Shown here piece after piece: positions 31,911-40,452 of a stretch of 64,000 nucleotides of DNA. Origin of the DNA: a virus. The stretch covers positions 9,734-73,733 of IMG/VR virus record IMGVR_UViG_3300022848_000014; one strand, given 5' to 3'. The notes beneath the pieces are model-generated. The model did no database searches, was not told the origin of the DNA, and worked only from the letters and a program-made list of their open reading frames with translations. Both the position numbers and the translations under genes were made by a program. The stretch's first letter is position 1, and each line of letters opens with the position of its first letter.

Positions 31911-31970
31911 CAGGTAACACGCTATAAAAGCCATTGAAAAAACGGCTCTTATAGCTATTCGTTAGGCACA
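31911..31970 (+). repeat. attC-like palindromic site A3 (60 bp)
   Basis: CAGGTAAC-AC-GCTATAAAAGCC...GGCTCTTATAGC-TATTC-GTTAGGCACA. Confidence 0.8.
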
Positions 31971-31983
31971 ATTAAAACAAACT

Positions 31984-32817
31984 TTATTGCATATTAATTT
32001 CGCTCTCCGTTTCGCTTCTTTTATCTAAGTCGTTTATCCCACACATACCATTACAATCAAACAATGGTTTAGGCTCTCTACCTTTCATCATACTAATATC
32101 TTTCATTTGTGGGTAGTCTTTATGTGGTTTTAGAAATACTAATCCACCGCCTTTACTTTGGTCTTTCAACATAGTTATTGGCTTACCTTTAACATTTGTT
32201 AGTTCATGCTCCATCGCTGCCATTTTATCAAATTTATCAGGAAAGTCTCTACTCATTTTCTGCCAATATCCAATTCCACCTTGTACGCATCCAGTCTTAA
32301 AACAATTGTTATTTAAGAACCCTAATTGATACATATTTGGAACTTCAATACTTGCATCTTGTACAATCTTAATACAATCCTTTTTATTCAATCCATGCAT
32401 CATTAAAGGAAATAAAGGTTTTGTTTGTGGATGGTTTAAAACCATCCCTTTTGCTCTCTTATATTCGTCAAGTTCAAACCCAAAAATTTGATGTTTCCAT
32501 TCATTAGTCTTTTCCCACGTTTCACGTACTTGCCTTTTCATTTCAGAACTACATACAGCACCCTTAGCATTGTTCAGTGCTTTGTATCTTCGCCAAACTG
32601 CTTGAACGCTTTCGTGCTTTGTACTACTTATAGTCTCAATCTCTATGCCATACCAATCGGCACAGTCTTTCATAAATCGGTAAGTATCATCGTCTTCATT
32701 ATGTGTATCAATAAAAATAATTCTTACATTTTCTTTACCATACAAATCAATTCCAATTTTACAAGCTACCGCACTTGTAATTCCACCACTCCACCAGCCA
32801 ATTATCTTATATTTCAT
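31984..32817 (-). CDS. PAPS-reductase/PP-loop family protein, cassette A4
   Basis: WSGGITSAVAC PP-loop, C..EMK, NNC..GCVQGG.GYW. Confidence 0.8.
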   Translation of the reverse strand: MKYKIIGWWSGGITSAVACKIGIDLYGKENVRIIFIDTHNEDDDTYRFMKDCADWYGIEIETISSTKHESVQAVWRRYKALNNAKGAVCSSEMKRQVRETWEKTNEWKHQIFGFELDEYKRAKGMVLNHPQTKPLFPLMMHGLNKKDCIKIVQDASIEVPNMYQLGFLNNNCFKTGCVQGGIGYWQKMSRDFPDKFDKMAAMEHELTNVKGKPITMLKDQSKGGGLVFLKPHKDYPQMKDISMMKGREPKPLFDCNGMCGINDLDKRSETESEINMQ

Positions 32818-33218
32818 ATTGCAAATGATTTTAAATATTCCACACCATCTTCTAATGTGTCAAAAACAATATCAGAAACCTGTGTTACAAAGGATAAGTA
32901 ATTATCTTTTATTGTTTCGTGATTTGGTTCAAGTACAGTTATAACCGTTTTACCCAATCCTTTAGCATAACCAGCCTCACAACATAAACCAATACAGCTC
33001 GTGTTTGTTTTTTCAATATAAACAAATAGTATATCACTTTGCTTTATAAAATGCAAATCCCATTTTCCGTACTCATTCACATTCATAATAACCCTTTCGT
33101 TATTCTTAAACTCTTTATCTTTTGGGTTAATCCATTCAATATTATCAGAACATTCTTTTACTTTATTAGCCCAATCGCTCTTAAAACCACCAGCTAAATA
33201 TGTTTTTTGTTTTATCAT
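32814..33218 (-). CDS. Nucleoside 2-deoxyribosyltransferase-like protein, cassette A4
   Basis: YLAGGF, WINP, WDL..I..SD, G...EAGYA..LGK. Confidence 0.8.
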   Translation of the reverse strand: MIKQKTYLAGGFKSDWANKVKECSDNIEWINPKDKEFKNNERVIMNVNEYGKWDLHFIKQSDILFVYIEKTNTSCIGLCCEAGYAKGLGKTVITVLEPNHETIKDNYLSFVTQVSDIVFDTLEDGVEYLKSFAI

Positions 33219-33251
33219 TGTATATATTTTTCATATTTTATAATTAATAAC

Positions 33252-33387
33252 TGTGCCTAACACGGTATAAAAATAATAGCGGTTTTAGGTCTTTATTTAA
33301 GGTTAGTAATATTTATTTAATTCTGTTCTTAATCGTTTGGTTCGTGCGTTTCAATCCGCTACTATTCTTATACAACACGTTACCAAC
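33252..33387 (+). repeat. attC-like palindromic site A4
   Basis: TGTGCCTAAC-ACG-GTATAA.AATAATAGCGG...CCGCTACTATT.TTATAC-AACAC-GTTACCAAC. Confidence 0.8.
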
Positions 33388-33395
33388 AATAAAAA

Positions 33396-33554
33396 TTACT
33401 CGTATTGGTCGCTGTCTTTTATCGTTTCAAGAGCACTAATCCTGTCTTGTAAAACTTTCTTCTCTCTCATTAATAACATTATATCTTCTTCCGCTTTTTT
33501 CAAATATAATTTAGTATCCTTTATTGCTGCATCAATTTTTGTCATTTTACTCAT
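33396..33554 (-). CDS. Small coiled-coil protein (52 aa), distal cassette remnant
   Basis: Read by hand: MSKMTKIDAAIKDTK...DQYE*; flanked by GTTACCAACAATAAAAATTA, nearly identical to the start of cassette A2. Confidence 0.5.
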   Translation of the reverse strand: MSKMTKIDAAIKDTKLYLKKAEEDIMLLMREKKVLQDRISALETIKDSDQYE

Positions 33555-33943
33555 GGTGTCTTGTGCTTTTCAGTTTTGTATACGATTCCTCCTGGTACGA
33601 AAACTTTACCGTTGTATTTTAGGTGTTCATCCTTGTTGTCCGTCCAAAATAATTCAAAATCGGAATAAACACTAAGATCATCTCGATCAGAGTAGACGCG
33701 AAACTTCATCGACTCTTCTTTTCTTAGCTTCAGGATAGCCTCTCCCTCACCCACGAAAATATACTCATGTCCGTAGTCTGCTGTCAATGACTCCACATAT
33801 ACTTCTGAAGGGAAATACAAGTGATAGGTAGTTTTCTGTGCTTTACACGAATTGAATAGGAAGAAGGTTAAGAAAATTATTCCTGCAGCGAGGGCGCTTA
33901 ATGTGTAAATGTACTTGCCAATAAAATGATCAGTCCTTGTCAT
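33551..33943 (-). CDS. Membrane-anchored hypothetical protein
   Basis: N-terminal TM segment. Confidence 0.6.
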   Translation of the reverse strand: MTRTDHFIGKYIYTLSALAAGIIFLTFFLFNSCKAQKTTYHLYFPSEVYVESLTADYGHEYIFVGEGEAILKLRKEESMKFRVYSDRDDLSVYSDFELFWTDNKDEHLKYNGKVFVPGGIVYKTEKHKTP

Positions 33944-33955
33944 GTTGCTTTTTTT

Positions 33956-34363
33956 TTATTGTTGTTTAATTTTACGTGGAAGCCTCAGGTACCATCTATT
34001 TCCTAAGGGCCTCATACTTTTAAGTTCAAAGACAAGAGCATCAATGAACTCTCTATCATACTTGTCTTTTTCTAACTTAAGACAATTCCTACGATTGAAA
34101 ATAATATTTAAGTTTCGATCAAAGTACTGCCGAATTTGTGCTGAGGTAAACTTTCTCTTGTTTTTATGTGGAAGCCTCAGGTACCATTTATTCCCTAGCA
34201 CCCTGAAGGTTTGAACTCCATCAAAAAGAATGTCATTGTACACCTGCTCATAGGTGTATATTTCTATTTTCTGACAATTACCACGATTGAAAATAAGATT
34301 TAAGTTTCGGTCGAAGTACTGCCGAATTTGTGTTTGGGAAAACTTTCTAAAATAATTTCTCAT
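33956..34363 (-). CDS. Hypothetical protein with internal tandem duplication
   Basis: RKF...QIRQYFDRNLN.IFNR.NC...LGN.WYLRLP occurs twice. Confidence 0.7.
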   Translation of the reverse strand: MRNYFRKFSQTQIRQYFDRNLNLIFNRGNCQKIEIYTYEQVYNDILFDGVQTFRVLGNKWYLRLPHKNKRKFTSAQIRQYFDRNLNIIFNRRNCLKLEKDKYDREFIDALVFELKSMRPLGNRWYLRLPRKIKQQ

Positions 34364-34529
34364 CTATTTATCTGTTTACCTTGGATTATCTCCATGTGCT
34401 TAAGGTTGTATTGGTGTCGTGGCTGATGTAGATTACAAAACTTGAGACTCCAACACGCCCCTTTATCGCGAACCAACCACTCTGAAGTAGCTCTTTTACC
34501 ACAATTGCATTTCCCATGAACCGCCACGG

Positions 34530-35105
34530 CTAATTTCCTGAAAACATTCCTGTGGATGCCTCTGGTGCTTTTGGGTCTGGCATAGAAAGGTATCGGTCAA
34601 GTATCTTGTCCCTTAAGATGTACTCTGGGGTCAAATACTTCATTCCATTCTCTTGGTGAAACGAATCCATCTTTGCCCGATAAATAGCTTTGTGTATTTC
34701 CTGAATGCCATATTTTTCGAAAGCTTCAGCAAAGATCTTCTTAGAGCTTTTATCACCCCTCGACTTCTTGCTGGTAATCTCATTGAATCGCTTGATAAAC
34801 TCCTTGTACTGGGGGTGATTGGTGATGCTGATCTGCTTAAGCTTAAGAAGCTTGTAAACATTAGCTTCCATATCTTTTAGGGTCCCTGGCACTCTCTCAA
34901 GGACTCCACACAAAATAAGTTCGTCTACCGCAAACCATTCCTCACGTCTCTCATAAACCAAGACTTGATTATTACGGAGTTTTATAGGTGTGTCGCTTGG
35001 ACTCTCCTTTTGACGAATCGCCAAACATATTAGTCTCAAGTAAGACTGAAATGTTTCGGGTGAATGGGTATTGAGGTGATTGAAATCACTTATGTCTAAT
35101 AGCAT
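34530..35105 (-). CDS. Replication initiator-like protein with conserved phage C-terminal domain
   Basis: FN.IT.K...MKYLTPEYILR...DRYL (Phg_2220_C-like). Confidence 0.6.
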   Translation of the reverse strand: MLLDISDFNHLNTHSPETFQSYLRLICLAIRQKESPSDTPIKLRNNQVLVYERREEWFAVDELILCGVLERVPGTLKDMEANVYKLLKLKQISITNHPQYKEFIKRFNEITSKKSRGDKSSKKIFAEAFEKYGIQEIHKAIYRAKMDSFHQENGMKYLTPEYILRDKILDRYLSMPDPKAPEASTGMFSGN

Positions 35106-35415
35106 GTTTTGGGGTCTTTAAGTAATTGATTGCGGTTTCATTCATCAAAATAAACTTGGGGCCAGTCATTGGGTCTAACTCCCCTTTGGCATTAAGTTTA
35201 GGAAACGGATAGACAACTTCAAAGATTGATGTTCCTGGCTCTATCTTACGCGAAATTGTTGATAGCCCTACTCTGGCTAATGACGCAAACACACCTATAG
35301 GAATCGCGTTCCACCGCAGGTAATACCTTGCGCTTTCTCGGTCTACACCCTGTTTGACTATTTGTTCCTGAAGATCAATATTGAGACCCAGGACTGGCCT
35401 TAGTTTATATGTCAT
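35086..35415 (-). CDS. Hypothetical protein, possible HTH
   Basis: First gene after the 35434 promoter; FASLARVGLSTISRKI. Confidence 0.55.
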   Translation of the reverse strand: MTYKLRPVLGLNIDLQEQIVKQGVDRESARYYLRWNAIPIGVFASLARVGLSTISRKIEPGTSIFEVVYPFPKLNAKGELDPMTGPKFILMNETAINYLKTPKHAIRHK

Positions 35416-35433
35416 TTGTGGTTTATTTGATTA

Positions 35434-35464
35434 CAAATGTAGCAGACTATTCTAGGAAAACAAA
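35434..35464 (-). promoter_or_regulatory. Bacteroidota housekeeping-sigma promoter TTTG-N19-TACATTTG
   Basis: Exact -33/-7 consensus with a 19-nt spacer, upstream of the leftward replication arm. Confidence 0.8.
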
Positions 35465-35472
35465 TTTTACAA

Positions 35473-36156
35473 TTAGAATTGTATTACTGAGTATTGAATT
35501 CCAATTCCAATGTTTAACCCAAAACCGTTGTCCCCAATGCCATAAGACACTGAGGGACCAACGCTGAATCTTTTTGGCTTCAAGCTGTAATTGAAAGAGC
35601 TCAGGTCTTGGGTATAGGTATCTGGATTTAATGATGTCGCCATTATCTGTAGCGTATCGGGTCTGAATAGATTCTTCTCCCTATGTACACTGTAATCAAA
35701 CTTGTTCAAAATCCTCTGCTGAAGGTTAAGGCTGTCTACCCCCATTGTTACAGTTCCTTCTATCCACTCCGTACTGAAGGAGGATTGATAGACAGGCATA
35801 CTATCACGGTATTCGATTATTGTGACCTCATCTGTGCCAATGTCGTATAGAGTCTCTACATCATGGCTTATAGCGGTAATTGTGTTCTTAAGGTCTTTTA
35901 GGGTATTCTGGATTCTCAGGTTTGTCCCCTCTAATCCACGAAGGGCTAACAACTGATCCCGATTCTGAATCTCTAGGGAATTCTTTTGAGCCACTTGATG
36001 ACCATGCTTGTTCTGCCAGGACCGCAGACTATCATTGAGGGCTATTTCATTCTTCTTAAATGTTTGAGTCCTTTGATTGGATTCAACAATAACACCTGCG
36101 GAACAGGCTATTGCTATTATGGCTACTAACCATGCTACCTTTTCATTCATACTCAA
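35473..36156 (-). CDS. Spanin-like envelope protein
   Basis: N-terminal TM/signal, coiled coil, C-terminal amphipathic beta hairpin ending in F (FSVGPSVSYG...IGIGIQYSVIQF). Confidence 0.5.
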   Translation of the reverse strand: MSMNEKVAWLVAIIAIACSAGVIVESNQRTQTFKKNEIALNDSLRSWQNKHGHQVAQKNSLEIQNRDQLLALRGLEGTNLRIQNTLKDLKNTITAISHDVETLYDIGTDEVTIIEYRDSMPVYQSSFSTEWIEGTVTMGVDSLNLQQRILNKFDYSVHREKNLFRPDTLQIMATSLNPDTYTQDLSSFNYSLKPKRFSVGPSVSYGIGDNGFGLNIGIGIQYSVIQF

Positions 36157-36207
36157 ATGTATAAAAAAACCCCCATCTGCTTAAGATGAGGGTCAAACCT
36201 AACACTA

Positions 36208-36684
36208 CTATGAAAAGTTATGCCAACCAGGATTAATGTGCAAGAAAGAACTTGACAATCCTGAATTGAATATCCTATTATAGTCTCCGGGGTCTATATG
36301 CGCTGAGGCTGTCTTGTCGGGTAGTTCCAGGGCAGGAGGATTTTCAATATTTAGGTTATAAGTCCAGTATCGACTTTCCCTTGAGTCTGCTTCATGCTTC
36401 AAGTAGCAATTACAATAGGAATACTCTAAGTCTTCCTCTAATGTAACGAACATGTCGCCAGCTTCAGGGAATAGAGTCATTTCCAGACTTGAATAGACAC
36501 CGATAGTAAAATCGTTGTCAAGGGTCACATCAACTATGCTGATGTCAGGTGGGGCTTCTTCCACAGGGAATACCGTCGAGGCACTTGCGGAGAAAGAGAA
36601 CACCAAGATGGCCATTAAGCCGAACAGTGTTTTTTTCATCTTTTTGTTTTTAGTATAATAACATTTGATTCCAAACATAGCCAC
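36208..36684 (-). CDS. Secreted hypothetical protein
   Basis: Signal peptide MKKTLFGLMAILVFSFSASA from the internal ATG near 36639; followed by a terminator-like hairpin at ~36163-36193. Confidence 0.55.
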   Translation of the reverse strand: MAMFGIKCYYTKNKKMKKTLFGLMAILVFSFSASASTVFPVEEAPPDISIVDVTLDNDFTIGVYSSLEMTLFPEAGDMFVTLEEDLEYSYCNCYLKHEADSRESRYWTYNLNIENPPALELPDKTASAHIDPGDYNRIFNSGLSSSFLHINPGWHNFS

Positions 36685-37324
36685 AGATTTCGGTAAATCC
36701 TAATTAGTCTGATCTTCCGTTATTAACATTCATGCTGTTAATATCAGTCTAACAACTTTGTAATTGACTGAAAATCAAAATGCCCAGCACTTCGGGTACT
36801 GGGCATTTACTTCGAATAAAAAAATTGCTGTCTAAGTTTCGCTCGTTTGCGATACATTTGACGCTATGAAATTGGTATCGCACAATAGTACTCTAATTTC
36901 TTCTGAAGCAAAAACAATAGTCGAGTCTATCCGAGCAGGATGGGCTTTTTTTATATACATACCCTCCACGATGCAGTTTTCAGCTCTTTACTGCGTGATC
37001 AACAGAGAGAATAATAAAGTGGGGAGACTCTTAAGACAGACCATATCAAAAAAGTGGGGGCAACGCACACACACGACCCCCGACTTGGAAATTAACAAAA
37101 GATATATCTGATGCACAAAATTACACGTTTTTTTGGATTAGAAAAGCGGAGTAATCTGGTGGAATGCCAGTTCAAGGGTGTAGACGCTTAATGGGTAGTA
37201 AGTCTAAGCATTGCTTTAAATAGCTTTAGACTGAAGGTTCTTGCCTTTCCAAGGATAAAGTGTGAGGTATGTCCAATCGCCAACGACTTGTAGAAAAGTT
37301 GCAAACAAAACTTTTGGCTAAAAA

Positions 37325-37355
37325 TTTGCATCCAATCAAAACCTTATTACATTTG
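37325..37355 (+). promoter_or_regulatory. Bacteroidota housekeeping-sigma promoter TTTG-N19-TACATTTG
   Basis: Exact consensus; drives the rightward arm; ATG at 37374. Confidence 0.8.
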
Positions 37356-37373
37356 TCTCAAACCACACGTAAA

Positions 37374-37577
37374 ATGAGTAAAGATTTAAGCAAATACCAA
37401 GACGCATTTTTTGTCAGGCAAGAAGAAAAACAAGTAGCTAATTACAATGATGCTCTGGTTGACCCTAGAACTCGCGATGGCCTTGTGCCAGCATTCGCAT
37501 TCCAATTTATGATGAAGACCTATGACAAGCATCTGGGTCATGATATTGGGCGAATGATATTTATTGGATCAAACTAA
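37374..37577 (+). CDS. Hypothetical protein
   Basis: Start re-assigned downstream of the promoter. Confidence 0.6.
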   Translation: MSKDLSKYQDAFFVRQEEKQVANYNDALVDPRTRDGLVPAFAFQFMMKTYDKHLGHDIGRMIFIGSN

Positions 37578-37659
37578 ACATTGGCAGTGGGCATTGTGAA
37601 AACATCTTTTTTTGTGGTTAAGAAAAGTATTCGCAGTGCCCCTGCTTTAATTTAAAACC

Positions 37660-38037
37660 ATGGCAGAACTATTTAACCGTAATAAAGTAGCATCTAAAGG
37701 ATTGCACAATTACATCCAACGAATGCTTAAGGCAAAGGATAAACGCGAAGTCTTGAAATTATTGCGGGACTATGCGCCCATCACCAACAAAGCACAGCGA
37801 CTTATCCTTGGGTTAAAGCCAAACTACTTTAATGTGTTCATGATGCAGAGGGTAGAATACTACACCAATAAGCATGTGAGTGATGAAATGGTGATGTTAA
37901 GAGAAGTATTCGTTCCAGAATTATTGGAGCAAATCAAGGAGATAGCCGTTAAGGAAAATCGGAACGAAGAGAAGTTAGTCAAGAATTATATTTTAGGTAA
38001 AAACATAAAATCCAAACCGTATGTCAAAGAAAAATAG
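37660..38037 (+). CDS. Hypothetical protein
   Basis: 125 aa ORF. Confidence 0.6.
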   Translation: MAELFNRNKVASKGLHNYIQRMLKAKDKREVLKLLRDYAPITNKAQRLILGLKPNYFNVFMMQRVEYYTNKHVSDEMVMLREVFVPELLEQIKEIAVKENRNEEKLVKNYILGKNIKSKPYVKEK

Positions 38038-38314
38038 TGCAATTCCTGTTGGGGATAGAGTACTTGTAATCCCTGATCAAGCCCAGCAAGAGATGTTTGG
38101 GCTTATGATTCCCTCTCAAGCTCAAAAGAAAGTCCAGACTGGTAGAGTAATAGCTGTTGGTAAAGGGAAGGGCGAATTGGAAATGCAGACAAAGGCTGGG
38201 GATACAATTCTCTACAGTGACTTTGCTGGAACTGAAATCAAAATCGATGATGTTGTTCATATCATCATGCGTGAAACCGATGTTTATTGCATCCTTAAAA
38301 ATGAAGAAGTATGA
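38021..38314 (+). CDS. groES: Co-chaperonin GroES
   Basis: PVGDRVLV, GLMIP..A..K, GRVIAVGKG, KAGDTILYSDFAGTEIK. Confidence 0.95.
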   Translation: MSKKNSAIPVGDRVLVIPDQAQQEMFGLMIPSQAQKKVQTGRVIAVGKGKGELEMQTKAGDTILYSDFAGTEIKIDDVVHIIMRETDVYCILKNEEV

Positions 38315-40068
38315 GAAAAAAGTTAATTGAATTCGATAATGCCAAGGAAAAGATGGCTCTAGGGGCTAATAAACTGGCAAGGGCTGTTTCATGTACCCTG
38401 GGACCAAAAGGTAGGAACGTTGTGCTCTATCTTGAAGATGGCCGAATGCACACGACAAAAGATGGTGTGACTGTAGCACTCTTTACAAAGTTCTTTGATC
38501 AAATAGAAGATGCTGGTGCCACGTTCCTTCAGGATGCATCAAAGAAAACGGTTCACCAGTCAGGTGATGGGACAACTACTTGTACACTCGTAGCCAATGC
38601 GCTCATCCAGCAAGGGGTGACATACCTCAAGGATAAGATGCACTCTGCTGTGGAGTACACAGATGGAATTCAAAAAGCCTCTAGGAATCTAATCGAAGAG
38701 TTGGTGCAGGAGTCAATCGAAATCAATGGGGATTTAGATATGATTGAGAATGTTGCTAGGATAAGTGCCAACAACGATGCTGAACTAGGGAAAATCATCC
38801 GTGAAGCTATTGAGGCTGTGGGTTTAGATTCCATCATTCAGGCAGACGACAGTGGGGACAACACCACTTCAGTTAAAGTAGTAGATGGAATGGAATTCCA
38901 AAATGGATTCAAGCACCCTTACTACATTAATGACCATAAGGGTCGGTGTGTGTTTGATGACAAGAGTGACAAGGTGAAAGTGATCATTATAGACAATGAC
39001 CTTACGACACTGAAGCAAGTAATTATGATGATGAAGCATATTGGGGAGAACAACCTGAAGGCTGTCATTGTATGCAATCAAATGATTGGTGAAGCAGATA
39101 GTGTAGCCCTTGTCAATGTCCAAAATAATGGGCTAAAGGTTTGTGTAGTCAATGCCCCAGGCATGGGGGACCGAAGACGGGCTTATCTCAGGGATTTAGG
39201 GATATTCACTGGTGCCACGGTAATCGGTGATGAAACGGGCACGGAGATCGAAAATTTCAAGCCAGAATGGATGGGTACTTGTGAGAAGTTTGTGGCAGAT
39301 GCTAAGACCTCCCGATTCATTATGGGGGGTAACGTTCCTGACGTTGTTCAGGGCGATATTGATTCTTTGAAATTAAAGATGGTTAAGCCTGGCCCAGAGA
39401 GTTCAATGGAAGCAAGGGCTAATTACACAAGGCAAAAGCAAGAAGTAAAGGATCTCTACGAAAAGAAGAAGTTGATTACAAATGAGATCGGAAGTATTGA
39501 GACTCAAATTGGTAATACAACAGATGCCTTTGCTATCAAGAAGCACAAAGAACGCATTCAGAGGCTCAAGGGTAAGGCTGCAATCATCTTAGTAGGGGCA
39601 CAGACCACTCAAGAGCTTCGTCAAAAGAAAGATCGAGTAGATGATGCCATAAAAGCTACTCAAGCTTCAGTTGAGGAAGGAATCGTGCCTGGTGGTGGTG
39701 TCAGCTTCTATAATGCCATGAAAAGGGTAACGCTTAATGATCCTTATGCTGGTGATGAGACACCTGAGCAAATAGGTTACTACGCATTCCTAGATGTGAT
39801 GTCTGAAGTTCTGATTAAGATTTGCGAAAATTCAGGGTATGACGTTGCCTCTACTATAGCAAAGATGGAAGCTCGGAAAGACATGCAATTTGGTCTTAAC
39901 GCAAAGAGTGGTGAATTCTGCAACCTGATAGACGCAGGGATCATCAATCCTACTAAAGTTGATCGTGTAGCAATTGAAAACGCGACATCTTCAGCTTGCA
40001 CAATGCTATTGTCGGAGTGTGTTATATACCCCGATCCTGAAGCATTTGAAGAGGTGCCCCAGCAATAA
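38311..40068 (+). CDS. groEL: Chaperonin GroEL
   Basis: TLGPKGRNV, TKDGVTVA, GDGTTT, ISANND, EEGIVPGGG, GIINPTKV. Confidence 0.95.
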   Translation: MRKKLIEFDNAKEKMALGANKLARAVSCTLGPKGRNVVLYLEDGRMHTTKDGVTVALFTKFFDQIEDAGATFLQDASKKTVHQSGDGTTTCTLVANALIQQGVTYLKDKMHSAVEYTDGIQKASRNLIEELVQESIEINGDLDMIENVARISANNDAELGKIIREAIEAVGLDSIIQADDSGDNTTSVKVVDGMEFQNGFKHPYYINDHKGRCVFDDKSDKVKVIIIDNDLTTLKQVIMMMKHIGENNLKAVIVCNQMIGEADSVALVNVQNNGLKVCVVNAPGMGDRRRAYLRDLGIFTGATVIGDETGTEIENFKPEWMGTCEKFVADAKTSRFIMGGNVPDVVQGDIDSLKLKMVKPGPESSMEARANYTRQKQEVKDLYEKKKLITNEIGSIETQIGNTTDAFAIKKHKERIQRLKGKAAIILVGAQTTQELRQKKDRVDDAIKATQASVEEGIVPGGGVSFYNAMKRVTLNDPYAGDETPEQIGYYAFLDVMSEVLIKICENSGYDVASTIAKMEARKDMQFGLNAKSGEFCNLIDAGIINPTKVDRVAIENATSSACTMLLSECVIYPDPEAFEEVPQQ

Positions 40069-40105
40069 TTGAATGCAATTAGTTAAACCCTAAATACAGA
40101 GTAAA

Positions 40106-40369
40106 ATGCCAGAATTAGATAACGGTGAACCCCAAGCGTCAAGACCATTGACTTTTGGTGAGAAAGCAGTGGGACTAAGATTTAACCCAGGCGGTATGAC
40201 TGAAGTAGATGAGTGCAAATCTATCTTTGCAGAAGCAATTGATCAAATGCATGATTTCCGAGAGTTGGAAAGCTCTACCAAAGGTCAAAAGCGTCATGCT
40301 TCTATTGCCATTACAGAACTTGAGTCAGCACAAATGAGAGCCGTTAAAGCTCTTACTTGGAAAGACTAA
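40106..40369 (+). CDS. Acb2/Tad1-like protein (putative cyclic-nucleotide sponge)
   Basis: GEKAVG..FNP...K...A..ID...RHASIAITELESAQMRAVKA helical-hairpin motif. Confidence 0.6.
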   Translation: MPELDNGEPQASRPLTFGEKAVGLRFNPGGMTEVDECKSIFAEAIDQMHDFRELESSTKGQKRHASIAITELESAQMRAVKALTWKD

Positions 40370-40375
40370 AGTAAA

Positions 40376-40448
40376 GCCAAGGCTCATTTGCAAATTGTCT
40401 TTCATTGTGGCGGGTAGTAGGAGAATCCTACGACAAATGGGTCTTGGT
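40376..40448 (+). ncRNA. Structured intergenic element, copy 1
   Basis: Outer stem GCCAAGGCTCATTTG/CAAATGGGTCTTGGT, inner hairpin GTAGGA/TCCTAC; related to 40943-41013. Confidence 0.55.
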
Positions 40449-40452
40449 AAAT

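Noticed and set aside
30340-33387. attC-like palindromes as simple intrinsic terminators
   Set aside because: They are long, imperfect and AT-rich, and terminators would not explain the cassette-wise complementary cores.
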